Origin: Arenicellales bacterium
GTDB taxonomy: Bacteria; Pseudomonadota; Gammaproteobacteria; Arenicellales; Poriferihabitantaceae
DNA length: 64,000 nt
Assembly (NCBI GenBank): GCA_963457535.1
Contig: OY734803.1
Location: 163,943-227,942, forward strand
Direction of reading: 5' to 3'
Every line of letters begins with the position of its first letter. Positions within the stretch are counted from its first letter, which is position 1. The notes beneath the pieces were generated by a model that worked only from the letters and a program-made list of their open reading frames with translations, searched no databases and had not been told where the DNA came from. Made by a program: the position numbers and the translations under genes. Positions 25,788 to 36,387 of the stretch are shown here, piece by piece.

Positions 25788-26639
25788 ATGCAGCCACTTG
25801 ACGACCAGATAAAAAACGAACTGAACCGGCGCATCGCCAAGATTGGGGAAAACCTTGGCGACATGGATGTGATGTCCATTATTGGCGCCATTGAGTATGG
25901 CGTAGACCATGGCGTCCGAGATGCGCTTGAATTGAAAGCGCGAAAAAAACCCGGAATTGCAATTGTTCTGGAAACCTTGGGCGGCCTCATCGATGTGGTC
26001 GAGCGTATTGTCCAAACAATCCGGCATTTCTATACGGAAGTCGTGGTGATTGTTCCCAACACCGCGATGTCTGCCGGGACCTTGCTGGCGCTGAGCGCCG
26101 ACCGGGTACTGATGGACTACTTTTCGCGGCTGGGCCCGATTGATCCGCAAATTTCCAAAGACGGCAAACTTGTCCCGGCGCTTTCTTACCTGAACCAGTA
26201 TGAAAAACTGAACAAGAAAGCGGCCAGCGGCGAACTGACCACCGCGGAATACGCAATGCTCAAACAACTTGACCTGGGAGAGTTGTACCAGTTCGAGCGG
26301 GCAAAGGAATTGTCGGTGGAGTTGCTGGTCAAGTGGCTGTCCCAGTATAAGTTCAAGAACTGGAAGCGAACTCAAAGCGCCAAGCAGAAAGTCAGCGAAG
26401 AAATGAAGCAGGATCGCGCTGATAAAATTGCCCGAATGCTGAGCGATCCGGAGCGGTGGCATTCTCACGGGCGCGGCATTGACATCTTCACGCTGCGAAA
26501 AGAGTTACATTTGCAGATCGAAGATTTCTCGGAGAAAGAGGAACTGCGTGAGAGCATCAGCCATTACTTTGCTCTGTTGGCGAATTATGTGGCCCGCCAG
26601 CAGATGACCATCTTTGTCCACACTGAGGAGTTCTTTTAA
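25788..26639 (+). CDS. SDH-family (serine dehydrogenase proteinase) Clp-fold serine protease
   Basis: VLETLGGLIDVVERIVQTIRHF...VVVIVPNTAMSAGTLLALSADRVLM matches the SDH_sah/ClpP-fold nucleophile region. A GGAGG SD lies 6 nt before ATG 25788. G+C is lower than in the flanks. Confidence 0.7.
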   Translation: MQPLDDQIKNELNRRIAKIGENLGDMDVMSIIGAIEYGVDHGVRDALELKARKKPGIAIVLETLGGLIDVVERIVQTIRHFYTEVVVIVPNTAMSAGTLLALSADRVLMDYFSRLGPIDPQISKDGKLVPALSYLNQYEKLNKKAASGELTTAEYAMLKQLDLGELYQFERAKELSVELLVKWLSQYKFKNWKRTQSAKQKVSEEMKQDRADKIARMLSDPERWHSHGRGIDIFTLRKELHLQIEDFSEKEELRESISHYFALLANYVARQQMTIFVHTEEFF

Positions 26640-26640
26640 C

Positions 26641-26841
26641 ATGACAAAAGCATCGCACAAGCATTCCCCGCTCTTTGATGCACATCTGAAGAGCAACCCA
26701 AAAGTATCCAAATCTGTCGTCGAGCAATACCAGATGCTTGAAAAGGAACTGCACCGGCTCGGGGTGGATACGCGCGCGCGGTACACTCTGTCGCATCCCT
26801 TTGACCGAGTGGCTTATCGCCACCGCCCAAAGGCGAAGTAA
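26641..26841 (+). CDS. Small hypothetical protein (66 aa) coupled to the SDH protease
   Basis: The ATG lies 1 nt after the protease stop. The composition is the same lower G+C. No recognisable motif was found. Confidence 0.4.
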   Translation: MTKASHKHSPLFDAHLKSNPKVSKSVVEQYQMLEKELHRLGVDTRARYTLSHPFDRVAYRHRPKAK

Positions 26842-26952
26842 CCGGGGAAAACAAGATCTGCCGGAGAGCGGACTTCACGCCCAACACATCCCCTGTTAGT
26901 CGACGGCGCGAATGGACCGGGTTTTGACCGCAACGCGGCCCCGGCAGCCTCC

Positions 26953-29900
26953 TTACCCCCCCGGCAGCAGCCGCGTGATGTTCGCCTCCACTTTCGCGCG
27001 TTCGGCCTCGTCGGTGATGGAGAAGCCGGCGAAAAGTTCGTCGCCGCGCAAGCCGAAGATGTGGCGGGCGATGAGGATGCCGTCGTCGCCGTCGGCGTCG
27101 CCGTCGCCGTCCACATCCAGCGCGGTGGAATCCACGCCGTCTTTCAGCGCGGATTCGTGGGCGGCGACATTGCCGGCGCTTTGGCCGTGCAGCAGCGAGG
27201 CGCCGCGCACGCCGAGCAAATACCGCGCGGTGATGATGCCGTCGCGCGCGTTTGCCGCGGCTTCGGTGTCGGTGTCAGCCGTGTCCAAGTCCAGGTCAAA
27301 AGAGACCAGGCGAATGTTGAACACCAGTTGGTCTTTGACCGTGTCCGGAGTGGAAGCGTCTTCGGCGGTGAAAGTCGCGGCGACGGTAACCGGCAGTTCG
27401 CTCAGGGTATACGGCACCATGCTTGCGTCCCCGCTGTTGTCCCCGGGGGTGCCGCTGAGTTGGCGGGTTTCAGCGTCAAAATCCAAACCGATGAGCAGTT
27501 TGTTCAGATTGCCGTCCGGATCCGCCAGCGCGTAGGAAATCGGCGCGCTGCCGCCGCGCGCCTGCGGCAGCGTTACCGGCTGTGAAAGCGGAATGCCGAG
27601 CGCCAGCACCACTTCTTCCTGCGGTTCAACAAAGGTCAGCACGTCGGTCGGAGTGGATTCAATCGCCGCCCATGAGCCGATGCCGACGTTGTTCACCGCG
27701 GCGACTTCCACATCGTAGTTCATGTTGTTGTTCAGGCCGGTGATGGTGTAACTGGCGGCGTCAAAGGCGAGCATTTCGCCGCACATGTTGTCGTTTTCCA
27801 TGTTGGTGTCGTTGCATTCGGCGTCCACGCCGCTTGCGTTGCGCCAGCTGTCGACCGCGCCGTCGCGCTGCCAGCGAATGCGGTATTCGGTGATGTCGTT
27901 GCGCGCCAGCGGAGTCCAACTTATGCGCAGCCCCTCGTTGATCGGGCGCGCCGCCAGATCTTCCACCGTCGGCGGAAGCGCGCGTTCCACTATCACTTCC
28001 AGCGGCGAGCGCACCGTGCCCGAGGCGGCGCCGCGCGCGCCGAGCAGGTCCACCGCGCGGTAGAACAGCGATTTTGTTTCGGCGGTGGTCGGCGTGCCGG
28101 TCAGCATGCGAGTTTCGCCGTCAAACTCCAGTCCGGCCGGCAACTCGCCTTCCAGCACATAGGTATACGGCGCGAAGCCGAGCGTCAGCGCCGGAAGTTC
28201 GGCGCGCAACGCGGTGTTGATGGTCAGCGTCATCGCGGCCGGCGCGGCTTCAGACAGCACCGGCGGCGGCGCCAGCGACAGCGGAAACTCGTAGGAACTT
28301 TCGCGCGGCGGCCGCGCCGAGTCGCGCACTTTGTAGGTGAGTTTGATTTCGGTCAATTCCGAAACCGTCGGCGGTCCGTCCGGAGCGGCCGCGGTCGCCA
28401 GCCGGCGCGTATTCGGAGTGTAGGCCAGATAGGTCGGCACGCCTTCCAGCAAATGCGAGACGCGCCCGACCGCGCCGTAGGCGCGCGGCAGCACGACTTC
28501 CGAGGCGACATTTCCATCGGCGTGAAAGCGCACCCGCGGTTGAATCGGCGTCAGCAGCGGAAGCATGGCGCGGGTCACGGTGACCTGGTAGGTGCGCGTG
28601 GTTTCGCCGTCGTCGGCGGTGACCACCACTGCAAAGACATTTTCGCCGGACGACAGCGTGAAGTCGCGCGAGGCGATGTTGTTGCGCCCCATCCAGCGTT
28701 GTCCGCCGGTTTTGCCGATGGTGAAACTCGCGAACTGCCCTTTCGCCTCGGCGGTGAAGCGCATGCGCTCCACTTCGCTGCCGACTTCCATCGTGTATTC
28801 GGTGGTTTCCGCGTCAAAGTTCGGCGAGATCGTTCCGGTGGAGGGGCGCAGCGAGAGCAGCGCGGTTTCGGCGCTGCGCCGCGGCGTCGCCGAGACCGAG
28901 GTGGTCCATTCGCTGACCGCGCCGGAGGCGCCCCGGTGCATCGCGGCAACCTGCACTTCGTATTCGGTGTCAAGTTCCAGCGGCCCTATCAGGCCCTCGG
29001 TCAATGCCACCGAGCCCAGCGCCACGCCGTCCTCGCCGCCCGGCCCCTCCCAGGTGTTGTCGGAGCCGCCTTTGACATCGTCGTCGTCGGACCAGCGCAC
29101 ACGGTAGTTGCCAATCCTTTCGCCGCCGGCGCGCTCGGGCGCCTGCCAGTTCACCTTGAGTTTTCGGCCTTCGGCCTGGGTAACGCTCAGAAAGCGCGGT
29201 ATGCCGGGCAGCGTCACAGGCACGCTCGCGGCGTTGGCGGCAAGGGTGCTTTCCTGCGCGATGCGCGACCACTCGCTGTCGCCGATGCCGTTGCTTGCCC
29301 GAACTTGCACATCGTATTTGGTTGTGCCGGCCAGTCCGCTGTAAATGTATTCGGTCGGGGCCGGGGTTCCGGTGATGGTGACGGGAGCCTCCCATGCGCC
29401 GGCGGCGGTGTCGCCGACCGCGGAGGTGCGAACACGCACATCATAGCCGGAGATTCCGTCGCCCCTTTCAAACGGCTTGCTCCACTGCACCAGCAGAGAG
29501 GGAACCGTGCCGGGTCGCTGAGTAAGGATCACATCCTGCGGGGCTTCGGGTGTGGTCGCGAGGGTGATCTCCCAGGCCGAGTAGTCACTTCGGCCGCCGG
29601 GCCCTTCCGCGGCGAGTTGCACGCTGTAGAATGCGCCGTATTGCAGCGCGCCGGCCGGTATCGTGTAGGCGCGCGCGGTGGCAGGCAGGCGAACGCCGTC
29701 TTCGCCGCCTTCGTTGGTAAATTCGCCGTTGGGAAGAACCCGCCAGCGCACCAGGTAGTTGCTGATTTGCGCCTTCGCGGCATTGGGCGGCCGAGTCCAG
29801 GTCAGGTCAAAGTTGGCGTCGCCGCCGAATGCAACCGCAAAATTGCCGGGGAAATTGGCCGGCGGAATCAGTTCCGGCGTGGTCGGCTGCGGCGGAGTGG

Positions 29901-31674
29901 TTGTGGCGGTCGCCGACCAGACGCCCCATCCGCTGCTGTTGCGCGGGCGAATGCGCACCGTGTATTGGGTGCCGGGGGTGATGGTCAGTCCGGAGGCGGT
30001 GCTGTTGTCAAACACCAGCGGGCTTCCGGTGGAAGCCGCCCACATGTCGCTTTGCTTGACGCCGGGGATGTTGTAAGTCCCGGTGTGCGTGTTGCCGCTT
30101 TCGGTGAGTTCCCACTCGTATTGAAAAATGGTGGAGCCGCCGTCGTATGTCGGCGGAAACCATCGCAGCGTCATGGTGTTGTGCGTGGAAGTGAACGAGG
30201 TGAGGCGCGGCGCCCCCTCCGGCACCACGGTGCGCGGCCGCGCCGAGGTGGTAAGACTGTTGGACCAGACTCCGGTTTTGGCTTCGTTGAAAGCGCGCAC
30301 CTGCGTTTGCGTGCCGCGCTCGGTCGGCAAATCGGTTACCAGAAAACTGTGCGCCAGGCGCACGCTGCGGCCGTCCGCGCTGCGCTCGGCGCGCGCGCCC
30401 GGATTGAGATAGGCGCCGGACGGCAGGCCGAGGCGCGGCGGATCAAATACGCGGAATTCATAGCCGAGAATTTCCAGCGCCGGATCGGCCGGCGGCGTGA
30501 AGTGAAACATGACCTGGCGGTTGCGCTGCTGCGCGAACTGCAGGGTCGGCGCGCCCGGCGCGTTCTGCGACTGGCCCCTGGAGCCGGCGGTGGACTGAAT
30601 GGCGTTGGACCACTCGGACTGCAGGTTTTGCGCGTTCACCACGCGCATTTGGTAGCGGACGACATGCCGGCCGTCAATGCCGGTGATGGTCAGCGAGTTG
30701 CCGCCCTGAATGCGAATAAAAGTGCCGTCCTCGCCGCCGCCGGCGCTGTGCCAGTTGGCGGTGTCCGCGGCGCTCAGTCCGGGGCCGGAGACCAGCCGCC
30801 AGCGGTAGACCACGCCGATGATCGGCGCGCCGCCGTTGTTGGCGAGCGTCCAGTTCAGCAGCATTTTGTTGTGGCGCGGCTGCAAACTCATCACCGGCGT
30901 CGCCGGATTGGTGTAGGGCATGCTCTCCACCGAATCCGACCATTCGCCGAGTCCGCGGCGGTTGTAGCCGGCGATCTGCACCGCGTAGGTCTGCCCGTTG
31001 GTCAGACCTGCGATGACGTGGTCGCGGCGGTCGGCGATGCTGACTCCCGCGGAGGCCGGAATGCGCACGCCGAATTCGCCGCCCGGATTGATCCAGTCGG
31101 TGGAGCCGGCGCCGCGCGCCCAGCGCACCGCATACCCGTCCGGCTGCTGCTGCGTGGCGCTGGAGGTGAAGCCGCCGAGCCAGTTGACCTCAATTTTGCC
31201 GTTCATCGGTTTCAGGTGCAGGCCGCTCACTCGAGGCGGCGTGCCCACGCCGGTGTTTGCGCGAATCGCGGTTCCGCTCCACCGGGTGACCTCGGCGCCG
31301 GACACCATTTTGGACGAGCCGAGTTCAATGTCGTATCCGGTGTTGGGAATGAGTTGCGCCAGGCGAATGCCGGTCGCCGCGGTTCCGCCCGGCACCACCA
31401 AGCCGTTGATTCCGCTCGGGTTGAGCCAAGTGCCCGCGCCCGGCGTGGTCCAGCGAATGCGGTAGTGCAAAAGTTGTCCGGCGTTGGTCGCCGGCGTCCA
31501 CGCCCAGGTCAGCGTGGTGAGGTCGGCGCTCCATACGACCGCGCTCGGCAAATCGGCCGCGGCGGCGTTTTGCGCGCGCGCGGCCGGCGAGGCCGCAAAC
31601 GCGGCAAGAAATCCGGCGGCAAGCAGCGCGGCAAGTTTCGCGGTGATTTTCATGCTGGCGCGGGCGGGTTTCAT
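26953..31674 (-). CDS. Giant secreted repeat protein P4 (second subfamily; FN3-rich, cadherin-like, He_PIG, dockerin-like C-terminus)
   Basis: 1573 aa with signal peptide MKPARASMKITAKLAALLAAGFLAAFAASPAARA/QN. Its ATG overlaps the P5 stop (ATGA). It ends DVDGDGDADGDDGILIARHIFGLRGDELFAGFSITDEAERAKVEANITRLLPGG. Confidence 0.9.
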   Translation of the reverse strand: MKPARASMKITAKLAALLAAGFLAAFAASPAARAQNAAAADLPSAVVWSADLTTLTWAWTPATNAGQLLHYRIRWTTPGAGTWLNPSGINGLVVPGGTAATGIRLAQLIPNTGYDIELGSSKMVSGAEVTRWSGTAIRANTGVGTPPRVSGLHLKPMNGKIEVNWLGGFTSSATQQQPDGYAVRWARGAGSTDWINPGGEFGVRIPASAGVSIADRRDHVIAGLTNGQTYAVQIAGYNRRGLGEWSDSVESMPYTNPATPVMSLQPRHNKMLLNWTLANNGGAPIIGVVYRWRLVSGPGLSAADTANWHSAGGGEDGTFIRIQGGNSLTITGIDGRHVVRYQMRVVNAQNLQSEWSNAIQSTAGSRGQSQNAPGAPTLQFAQQRNRQVMFHFTPPADPALEILGYEFRVFDPPRLGLPSGAYLNPGARAERSADGRSVRLAHSFLVTDLPTERGTQTQVRAFNEAKTGVWSNSLTTSARPRTVVPEGAPRLTSFTSTHNTMTLRWFPPTYDGGSTIFQYEWELTESGNTHTGTYNIPGVKQSDMWAASTGSPLVFDNSTASGLTITPGTQYTVRIRPRNSSGWGVWSATATTTPPQPTTPELIPPANFPGNFAVAFGGDANFDLTWTRPPNAAKAQISNYLVRWRVLPNGEFTNEGGEDGVRLPATARAYTIPAGALQYGAFYSVQLAAEGPGGRSDYSAWEITLATTPEAPQDVILTQRPGTVPSLLVQWSKPFERGDGISGYDVRVRTSAVGDTAAGAWEAPVTITGTPAPTEYIYSGLAGTTKYDVQVRASNGIGDSEWSRIAQESTLAANAASVPVTLPGIPRFLSVTQAEGRKLKVNWQAPERAGGERIGNYRVRWSDDDDVKGGSDNTWEGPGGEDGVALGSVALTEGLIGPLELDTEYEVQVAAMHRGASGAVSEWTTSVSATPRRSAETALLSLRPSTGTISPNFDAETTEYTMEVGSEVERMRFTAEAKGQFASFTIGKTGGQRWMGRNNIASRDFTLSSGENVFAVVVTADDGETTRTYQVTVTRAMLPLLTPIQPRVRFHADGNVASEVVLPRAYGAVGRVSHLLEGVPTYLAYTPNTRRLATAAAPDGPPTVSELTEIKLTYKVRDSARPPRESSYEFPLSLAPPPVLSEAAPAAMTLTINTALRAELPALTLGFAPYTYVLEGELPAGLEFDGETRMLTGTPTTAETKSLFYRAVDLLGARGAASGTVRSPLEVIVERALPPTVEDLAARPINEGLRISWTPLARNDITEYRIRWQRDGAVDSWRNASGVDAECNDTNMENDNMCGEMLAFDAASYTITGLNNNMNYDVEVAAVNNVGIGSWAAIESTPTDVLTFVEPQEEVVLALGIPLSQPVTLPQARGGSAPISYALADPDGNLNKLLIGLDFDAETRQLSGTPGDNSGDASMVPYTLSELPVTVAATFTAEDASTPDTVKDQLVFNIRLVSFDLDLDTADTDTEAAANARDGIITARYLLGVRGASLLHGQSAGNVAAHESALKDGVDSTALDVDGDGDADGDDGILIARHIFGLRGDELFAGFSITDEAERAKVEANITRLLPGG

Positions 31675-34600
31675 GGCGTCAGCGCCTCCAGATGCGTCAT
31701 GGCCGCGGTGCGCTCGTCGGCGCCGGTGAGAAAGCCGCCGAAAAGTTCGTCTCCGCGCAAACCGAGCAGGTATCTGGCGATGAGGATGCCGTCGTCGCCG
31801 TCGGAATCGCCGTCGCCGTCCACATCCAGCGCGTTGGAATCCATGCCCTCTTTCAGCGTGGCTTCGTGCGCGGTGACATCGCCGCCGCTCTGCCCCTGCA
31901 GCAGCGAGGCGCCGCGCACGCCGAGCAAATACCGCGCGGTGATGATGCCATCCTGCGCGGTCGCCACGGCCTCGGCGTCGTTGTGGGCGGCGTCCAAATC
32001 CAGGTCAAAGGCGACGATGCGAATGGTGAACTCCAGTTGGTCGGTTACCGGAGTGGCCGCGCTGTCGGTGGCGACATAAGTGGTCGCCACATCAAGCGGA
32101 AACACCAGCGTGCCGCCGCTGTTGTCGGTGATCGTGCCGTGTATCTCGCGGGTGCTGCCGTCAAAATTCAGCCCGGCAAGGCCGGTGGAATCGGCCGTTA
32201 TCGTATACGTGACATCGCCTTCGCCATGCTCCACCGCCGGCAGCGTCACCCGCGGGCGAATCGGCACATCCAGCGCAACGACCAAATCTTCCTGCGTCGC
32301 GGCAAACGCCAGCACCTCGCTCGGCGTGGCCGTGACTTCGGCCGACCATTCGCCGGGGCCGAGGTTATTTTCCGCGGCGATTTGCACATCGTAGGCGGTG
32401 TTGTTGGTCAGGCCGGTGACGGTGTAGTTGGTTTCGGTGAAGCCGCCGGTGGAGACGCCGTTGTCGTCGGCGCCGTTCCACGCGCCGGCGGCGACATCGT
32501 CGGCGGTGCCGGCGATGCCGTCGGCGCCGTTGGTGGCCGCGGTGCGCCAGCGCGCGCGGTAGTTGGCCAGATCCAGGCGCTCCAGCGCGGTCCAACTCAG
32601 GCGCAATCGCCGGTCGGCCGGGTTGGCGGCCAGCCCTTCCACCTGCTGCGGAAGCGCGGTGTCCACCGACACTTCCACGTCGGCCTGTAGCGCGCCCGAG
32701 GCCGTGCCGCGCGCGCCGAGCAGGTCAAAGCCGCGGTAGTTCAGCGATTTGACCTCGGCGGCGGCCGGGGTGCCGGTCAGCATGCGGGTTTCGGTGTCAA
32801 ACTCCAGGCCGTCCGGCAACTCGCCCTCCAGCACATAGGTATACGGTTCAAAGCCGCCCTCCAGCGCCGGAAATTCCACGCTCACCGCGGTGTTAATGGT
32901 CAGCGTCATTTTTGCCGGCGCCGCTTCGGAAAAAATCGGCGGCGGCGCCAGCGTCAGCGAAACCGGCTGCGTCACTTCGCGCGGCGGGCGCGCCGAGTCG
33001 CGCACCGTGTAGACCATGCTGACTTCCTCGGTCTCGGTGACCATCGGCGGCTCGGCCGGGTCGGTGGACAGGGTGCGCGTCGCCGCGTTGTATGCGAGAT
33101 AGGTCGGCACGCCGGTGAGCAGATGCGAAGCGCGCCCGATTGCGCCGTATGCGCGCGGCAGCACCACTTCGGACTGCAGCGCGCCGTCGGCGTGAAAGCG
33201 CACCGGCGCCTGCACCTGCGTCAGCAGCGGCAGCGCGGCGCGGGTGATGGTGACGCGGTAGGTTTGCGTGTCCTCGCCGTTGTCGGCGGTGATGATGACA
33301 TCAAAGACATTTTCGCCGACCGCCAGCGGAAACTCGCGCGACGGCGTGTTGTCGCGCCCGACCCAGCGTTGTCCGCCGCTTTTGCCGATGGTGAAACTCG
33401 CGAACTCGTCCTTGGCGGTCGCGGTGATGCGCAGGCGCTCCACATGGTTGTCGACCGAGGCCGCATAGGCGCTCAACTCCGAATCAAACCCGGGGGAAAT
33501 TCTTCCGTCGGAAAGACGCAGCCCGATCAGCGCGGTTTCAGCGCTGCGCCGCGGCACCGCCGAGACCGAGGTGGTCCATTCGCTGAACGCGCCGGCCGCG
33601 CCGCCGCCGACGATCTGTTCGGCCGCGATTTGCACTTCGTATTCGGCGCCGACCGTCAGCGGCCCGAGCAGGTATTCGGTCGCCTGCCGCGAGGTGGCGA
33701 CAATGCCGTCCGCGCCGCCGGGCCCCTCCCAGGTGTTGTCGGAGCCGTTTTTGACATCGTCGTCGTCGGACCAGCGCAACCGGTAGCCGCTCAGCGCGCG
33801 GCCGTTGGTGCGCTCCGGCGCCTGCCAGTCCACCTTGAGTTTTCTGCCTTCGGCCTGGGTAACGCTCAGAAAGCGCGGCAACGGCGGCGCGGAATGCGCG
33901 CTGTTGGAGGTGGTTTCGCCGGAGGTTTCCGAATACGGGCCTTCCGTGCCGGGAATGGCCGCGCCGTATATCACGGTGACGCGCACATTGTATTGCACAT
34001 TTGCCTGCAGTCCCGACAAAATATGACTGGTGGTATCGGGCCGGCCGCTGGCGGTATGGGCGGTGGTCCAGCCGGCGGAGCCGGACCTTTGGCGCTGCAC
34101 CCGGTAGCGCAGAAAGTTGCTGCCGTTGAAATCGGGCCGAGTCCAGTGCACATCAATTCGGGTGGCGCTGACGCGCGTCAGCGAGACATCCTGCGGAGCG
34201 TCCGGCGGCGCCTCCAAAAAGACCTCGGTGCTGACCCAGTTGCTGCGGCCGTTGGCGCCGACCACGGCGATATCCAGGCGGTAACGCCGGCCGTATGGCA
34301 GATCGGCGCCGGCCTCGGTGGTGTAGGCGTTTCGGGCGGAATCCACGCGAACGCCGTCGGCGCCGCCTTCGTTGAGCCACTCGGGGAAAAACCCCTGGCG
34401 CTTCCAGCGCAGCAGGTAATGGCTGATTTGCGCCTCGGCGGCGTTTGCCGGCGGCTGCCAGGCCATGCGAATGTTGTGATCGCTCGGCGTGGCGTTGGTT
34501 GCGGTGAAGGAATTCACCACTCCGGGCGCCGGCACCGGCGGCGCCGGCGTCGGCGGCTGCGGCGCGGTGACCTTGGCGTTCGCCGACCAACTGCTGTATC

Positions 34601-36341
34601 CGGTGCTGTTGCGCGCGCGAATGCGCACCGTGTATTCGGTGCCGGGGGTGATGGTCAGCCCGGTGGCGGTGCTGTTGTCAAATACGAACGGACTTCCGGT
34701 GAAAGCTGCCCACTCTTCGCCGCGGCTGACGCCGGGGATGTCGTAATCCCCGCTGAATTCCCAGTCGGCGTCGGCGTCGTTGGAGAGTTGCCATTGGTAT
34801 TGCCAAATGGTGGAGCCGCCGTCGTATTTCGGCGGAAACCACCGCACCGTCATGGTGTTGTGCGTCGCCGTGAAGGAAGTGATGCGCGGCGGCCCGCCTT
34901 CCGGCGCCACGGTGCGATCGCGCGCGGCAGTGTTAAGAGAGTCGGACCATTCGCCGACGCCGGCTTCGTTGAAAGCGCGCAACTGCGTGTCGGTGCCGCG
35001 ATTGGTCGGCAATGAGGTCACCAGAAAACTGTGCGCTTCGCGCACGCTGCGGCCGTCCGCGCTCAAAGTGGCGCGGGCGCCCCCATTGAGATAGCGCCCG
35101 TTTACTTCGATGCCCATCTTCGGCTGCCACACGCGGAATTCGTAGCCGAGAACTTCCAGCGCCGGCTTGGGATTCGGCGGAGTGAAGTGAAACATGACCT
35201 TGCCGCCGCGCTGCTGCGCGAATTGCAGGGTCGGTTTGCCCGGCTTGGCCTGCGACTGGCCGCGGGAGCCGGCGCTGGACTGCACTGCGTTGGACCAATC
35301 GGACTGCAGGTTGCGGGCGTTGACCACGCGCAGTTGGTATAGAGTGGTGTGGTTGGCGTTAATGCCGGTAATGGTCAGCGAGTTGCCGCCCTGTATGCGC
35401 ACAAAGGTGCCGTCCGAGCCGCCGGCGTTGCTGTGCCAATCCATGTCAAGGGAGCCGAGCCCGGCGCCGGCGGTCCACCGCCAGCGGTAGACCACGCCGA
35501 CTATCGGCGAGCCGCCGTTGTCGGCGAGCGTCCATTTCAACGACACTTTGTTTTGGCGCGGCTCCACCGTTATCACCGGCGCCGCCGGATTGGTGTAAGG
35601 CGCGGTTTCCAACGCATCCGACCACTCGCCGACGCCGCGGCGGTTGTAGCCGGCGACCTGCACAACATATGTCTGCCCGTTGGTCAGGCCGGTGATGTTG
35701 TGGTCGCGGCGGTTGGCGATGGCGATTCCGGCCGAGGCCGGCACACGAAAGCCGAATTCGCCGCCCGGATTGATCCAGTCGGTGGAGCCGGCGCCGCGCG
35801 CCCAGCGCACCGCGTAACCGGTCGGTTGCTGCTGCGTCGTGCTGGAAACAAAACCGCTGAGCCAGTTGACTTCAATGGCGCCGTTGCCCGGTTTCAGGTG
35901 CACGCCGCTCACTTTGGGCGGCGCGCCGAGCCCGGTGTTGACGCGCAGCGCGACTCCGCTCCATCGGGTGACCTCCGCGCCGCTGACCATCTTGTCCGAG
36001 CCGATTTCAAAGTTGTAGCCCTTGTTGGGCACAAGCCCGGTGACGCGAATGCCGGTGGCGGCGCCGCCGCCGGGAACCGCCAGCCCGGTGTTCGTGCCCG
36101 GATTGAGCCACGAGCCGGTGCCCGGCAGCGTCCAGCGAATGCGGTATCGCAGAATATTCGCGGCGTTGGTCGCCGGCGCCCAGTAGGCGGTGACGGTGCT
36201 GTGATCGACGCTCCATACGATGCTGCGCGGCAAATCAGCGGCGGCGGCATTTTGCGCCTGCGCGACCGGGGCGGCGGCAAGCGAAGCCAGCAACAGTGCC
36301 GCTTTCGCGACGAATCCAAGGGAGGTTCGTTTGGCGGACAC
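31671..36341 (-). CDS. Giant secreted repeat protein P5 (paralogue of P4)
   Basis: The start is set at GTG 36339-36341 (VSAKRTSLGFVAKAALLLASLAAAPVAQA/QN). The ORF extension to 36506 contains the promoter and the A-tract repeat. The N-terminal ~450 aa are collinear with P4. The dockerin-like C-terminus ends HLEALTP. Confidence 0.85.
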   Translation of the reverse strand: MSAKRTSLGFVAKAALLLASLAAAPVAQAQNAAAADLPRSIVWSVDHSTVTAYWAPATNAANILRYRIRWTLPGTGSWLNPGTNTGLAVPGGGAATGIRVTGLVPNKGYNFEIGSDKMVSGAEVTRWSGVALRVNTGLGAPPKVSGVHLKPGNGAIEVNWLSGFVSSTTQQQPTGYAVRWARGAGSTDWINPGGEFGFRVPASAGIAIANRRDHNITGLTNGQTYVVQVAGYNRRGVGEWSDALETAPYTNPAAPVITVEPRQNKVSLKWTLADNGGSPIVGVVYRWRWTAGAGLGSLDMDWHSNAGGSDGTFVRIQGGNSLTITGINANHTTLYQLRVVNARNLQSDWSNAVQSSAGSRGQSQAKPGKPTLQFAQQRGGKVMFHFTPPNPKPALEVLGYEFRVWQPKMGIEVNGRYLNGGARATLSADGRSVREAHSFLVTSLPTNRGTDTQLRAFNEAGVGEWSDSLNTAARDRTVAPEGGPPRITSFTATHNTMTVRWFPPKYDGGSTIWQYQWQLSNDADADWEFSGDYDIPGVSRGEEWAAFTGSPFVFDNSTATGLTITPGTEYTVRIRARNSTGYSSWSANAKVTAPQPPTPAPPVPAPGVVNSFTATNATPSDHNIRMAWQPPANAAEAQISHYLLRWKRQGFFPEWLNEGGADGVRVDSARNAYTTEAGADLPYGRRYRLDIAVVGANGRSNWVSTEVFLEAPPDAPQDVSLTRVSATRIDVHWTRPDFNGSNFLRYRVQRQRSGSAGWTTAHTASGRPDTTSHILSGLQANVQYNVRVTVIYGAAIPGTEGPYSETSGETTSNSAHSAPPLPRFLSVTQAEGRKLKVDWQAPERTNGRALSGYRLRWSDDDDVKNGSDNTWEGPGGADGIVATSRQATEYLLGPLTVGAEYEVQIAAEQIVGGGAAGAFSEWTTSVSAVPRRSAETALIGLRLSDGRISPGFDSELSAYAASVDNHVERLRITATAKDEFASFTIGKSGGQRWVGRDNTPSREFPLAVGENVFDVIITADNGEDTQTYRVTITRAALPLLTQVQAPVRFHADGALQSEVVLPRAYGAIGRASHLLTGVPTYLAYNAATRTLSTDPAEPPMVTETEEVSMVYTVRDSARPPREVTQPVSLTLAPPPIFSEAAPAKMTLTINTAVSVEFPALEGGFEPYTYVLEGELPDGLEFDTETRMLTGTPAAAEVKSLNYRGFDLLGARGTASGALQADVEVSVDTALPQQVEGLAANPADRRLRLSWTALERLDLANYRARWRTAATNGADGIAGTADDVAAGAWNGADDNGVSTGGFTETNYTVTGLTNNTAYDVQIAAENNLGPGEWSAEVTATPSEVLAFAATQEDLVVALDVPIRPRVTLPAVEHGEGDVTYTITADSTGLAGLNFDGSTREIHGTITDNSGGTLVFPLDVATTYVATDSAATPVTDQLEFTIRIVAFDLDLDAAHNDAEAVATAQDGIITARYLLGVRGASLLQGQSGGDVTAHEATLKEGMDSNALDVDGDGDSDGDDGILIARYLLGLRGDELFGGFLTGADERTAAMTHLEALTP

Positions 36342-36387
36342 TTGGGTTTTTTTGCGGCGGTCGTTGGCGAATCGCAAAATTTCAGGG

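Noticed and set aside
895-26900. The three low-G+C inserts considered as parts of one mobile element or prophage.
   Set aside because: They are separated by host-like genes. No integrase, transposase, phage structural genes or flanking direct repeats are seen, and no tRNA gene lies next to any of the three inserts.
28453-32079. A very long plus-strand ORF (1208 aa) and similar ones at 9588-11525, 15125-17221, 22738-23817, 33123-35015 and 35349-36392, all opposite the giant genes.
   Set aside because: They are Arg/Gly/Ala/Pro-rich low-complexity translations with no motifs, and lie exactly antisense to strongly supported repeat-protein genes. Such shadow ORFs are typical of high-G+C DNA.
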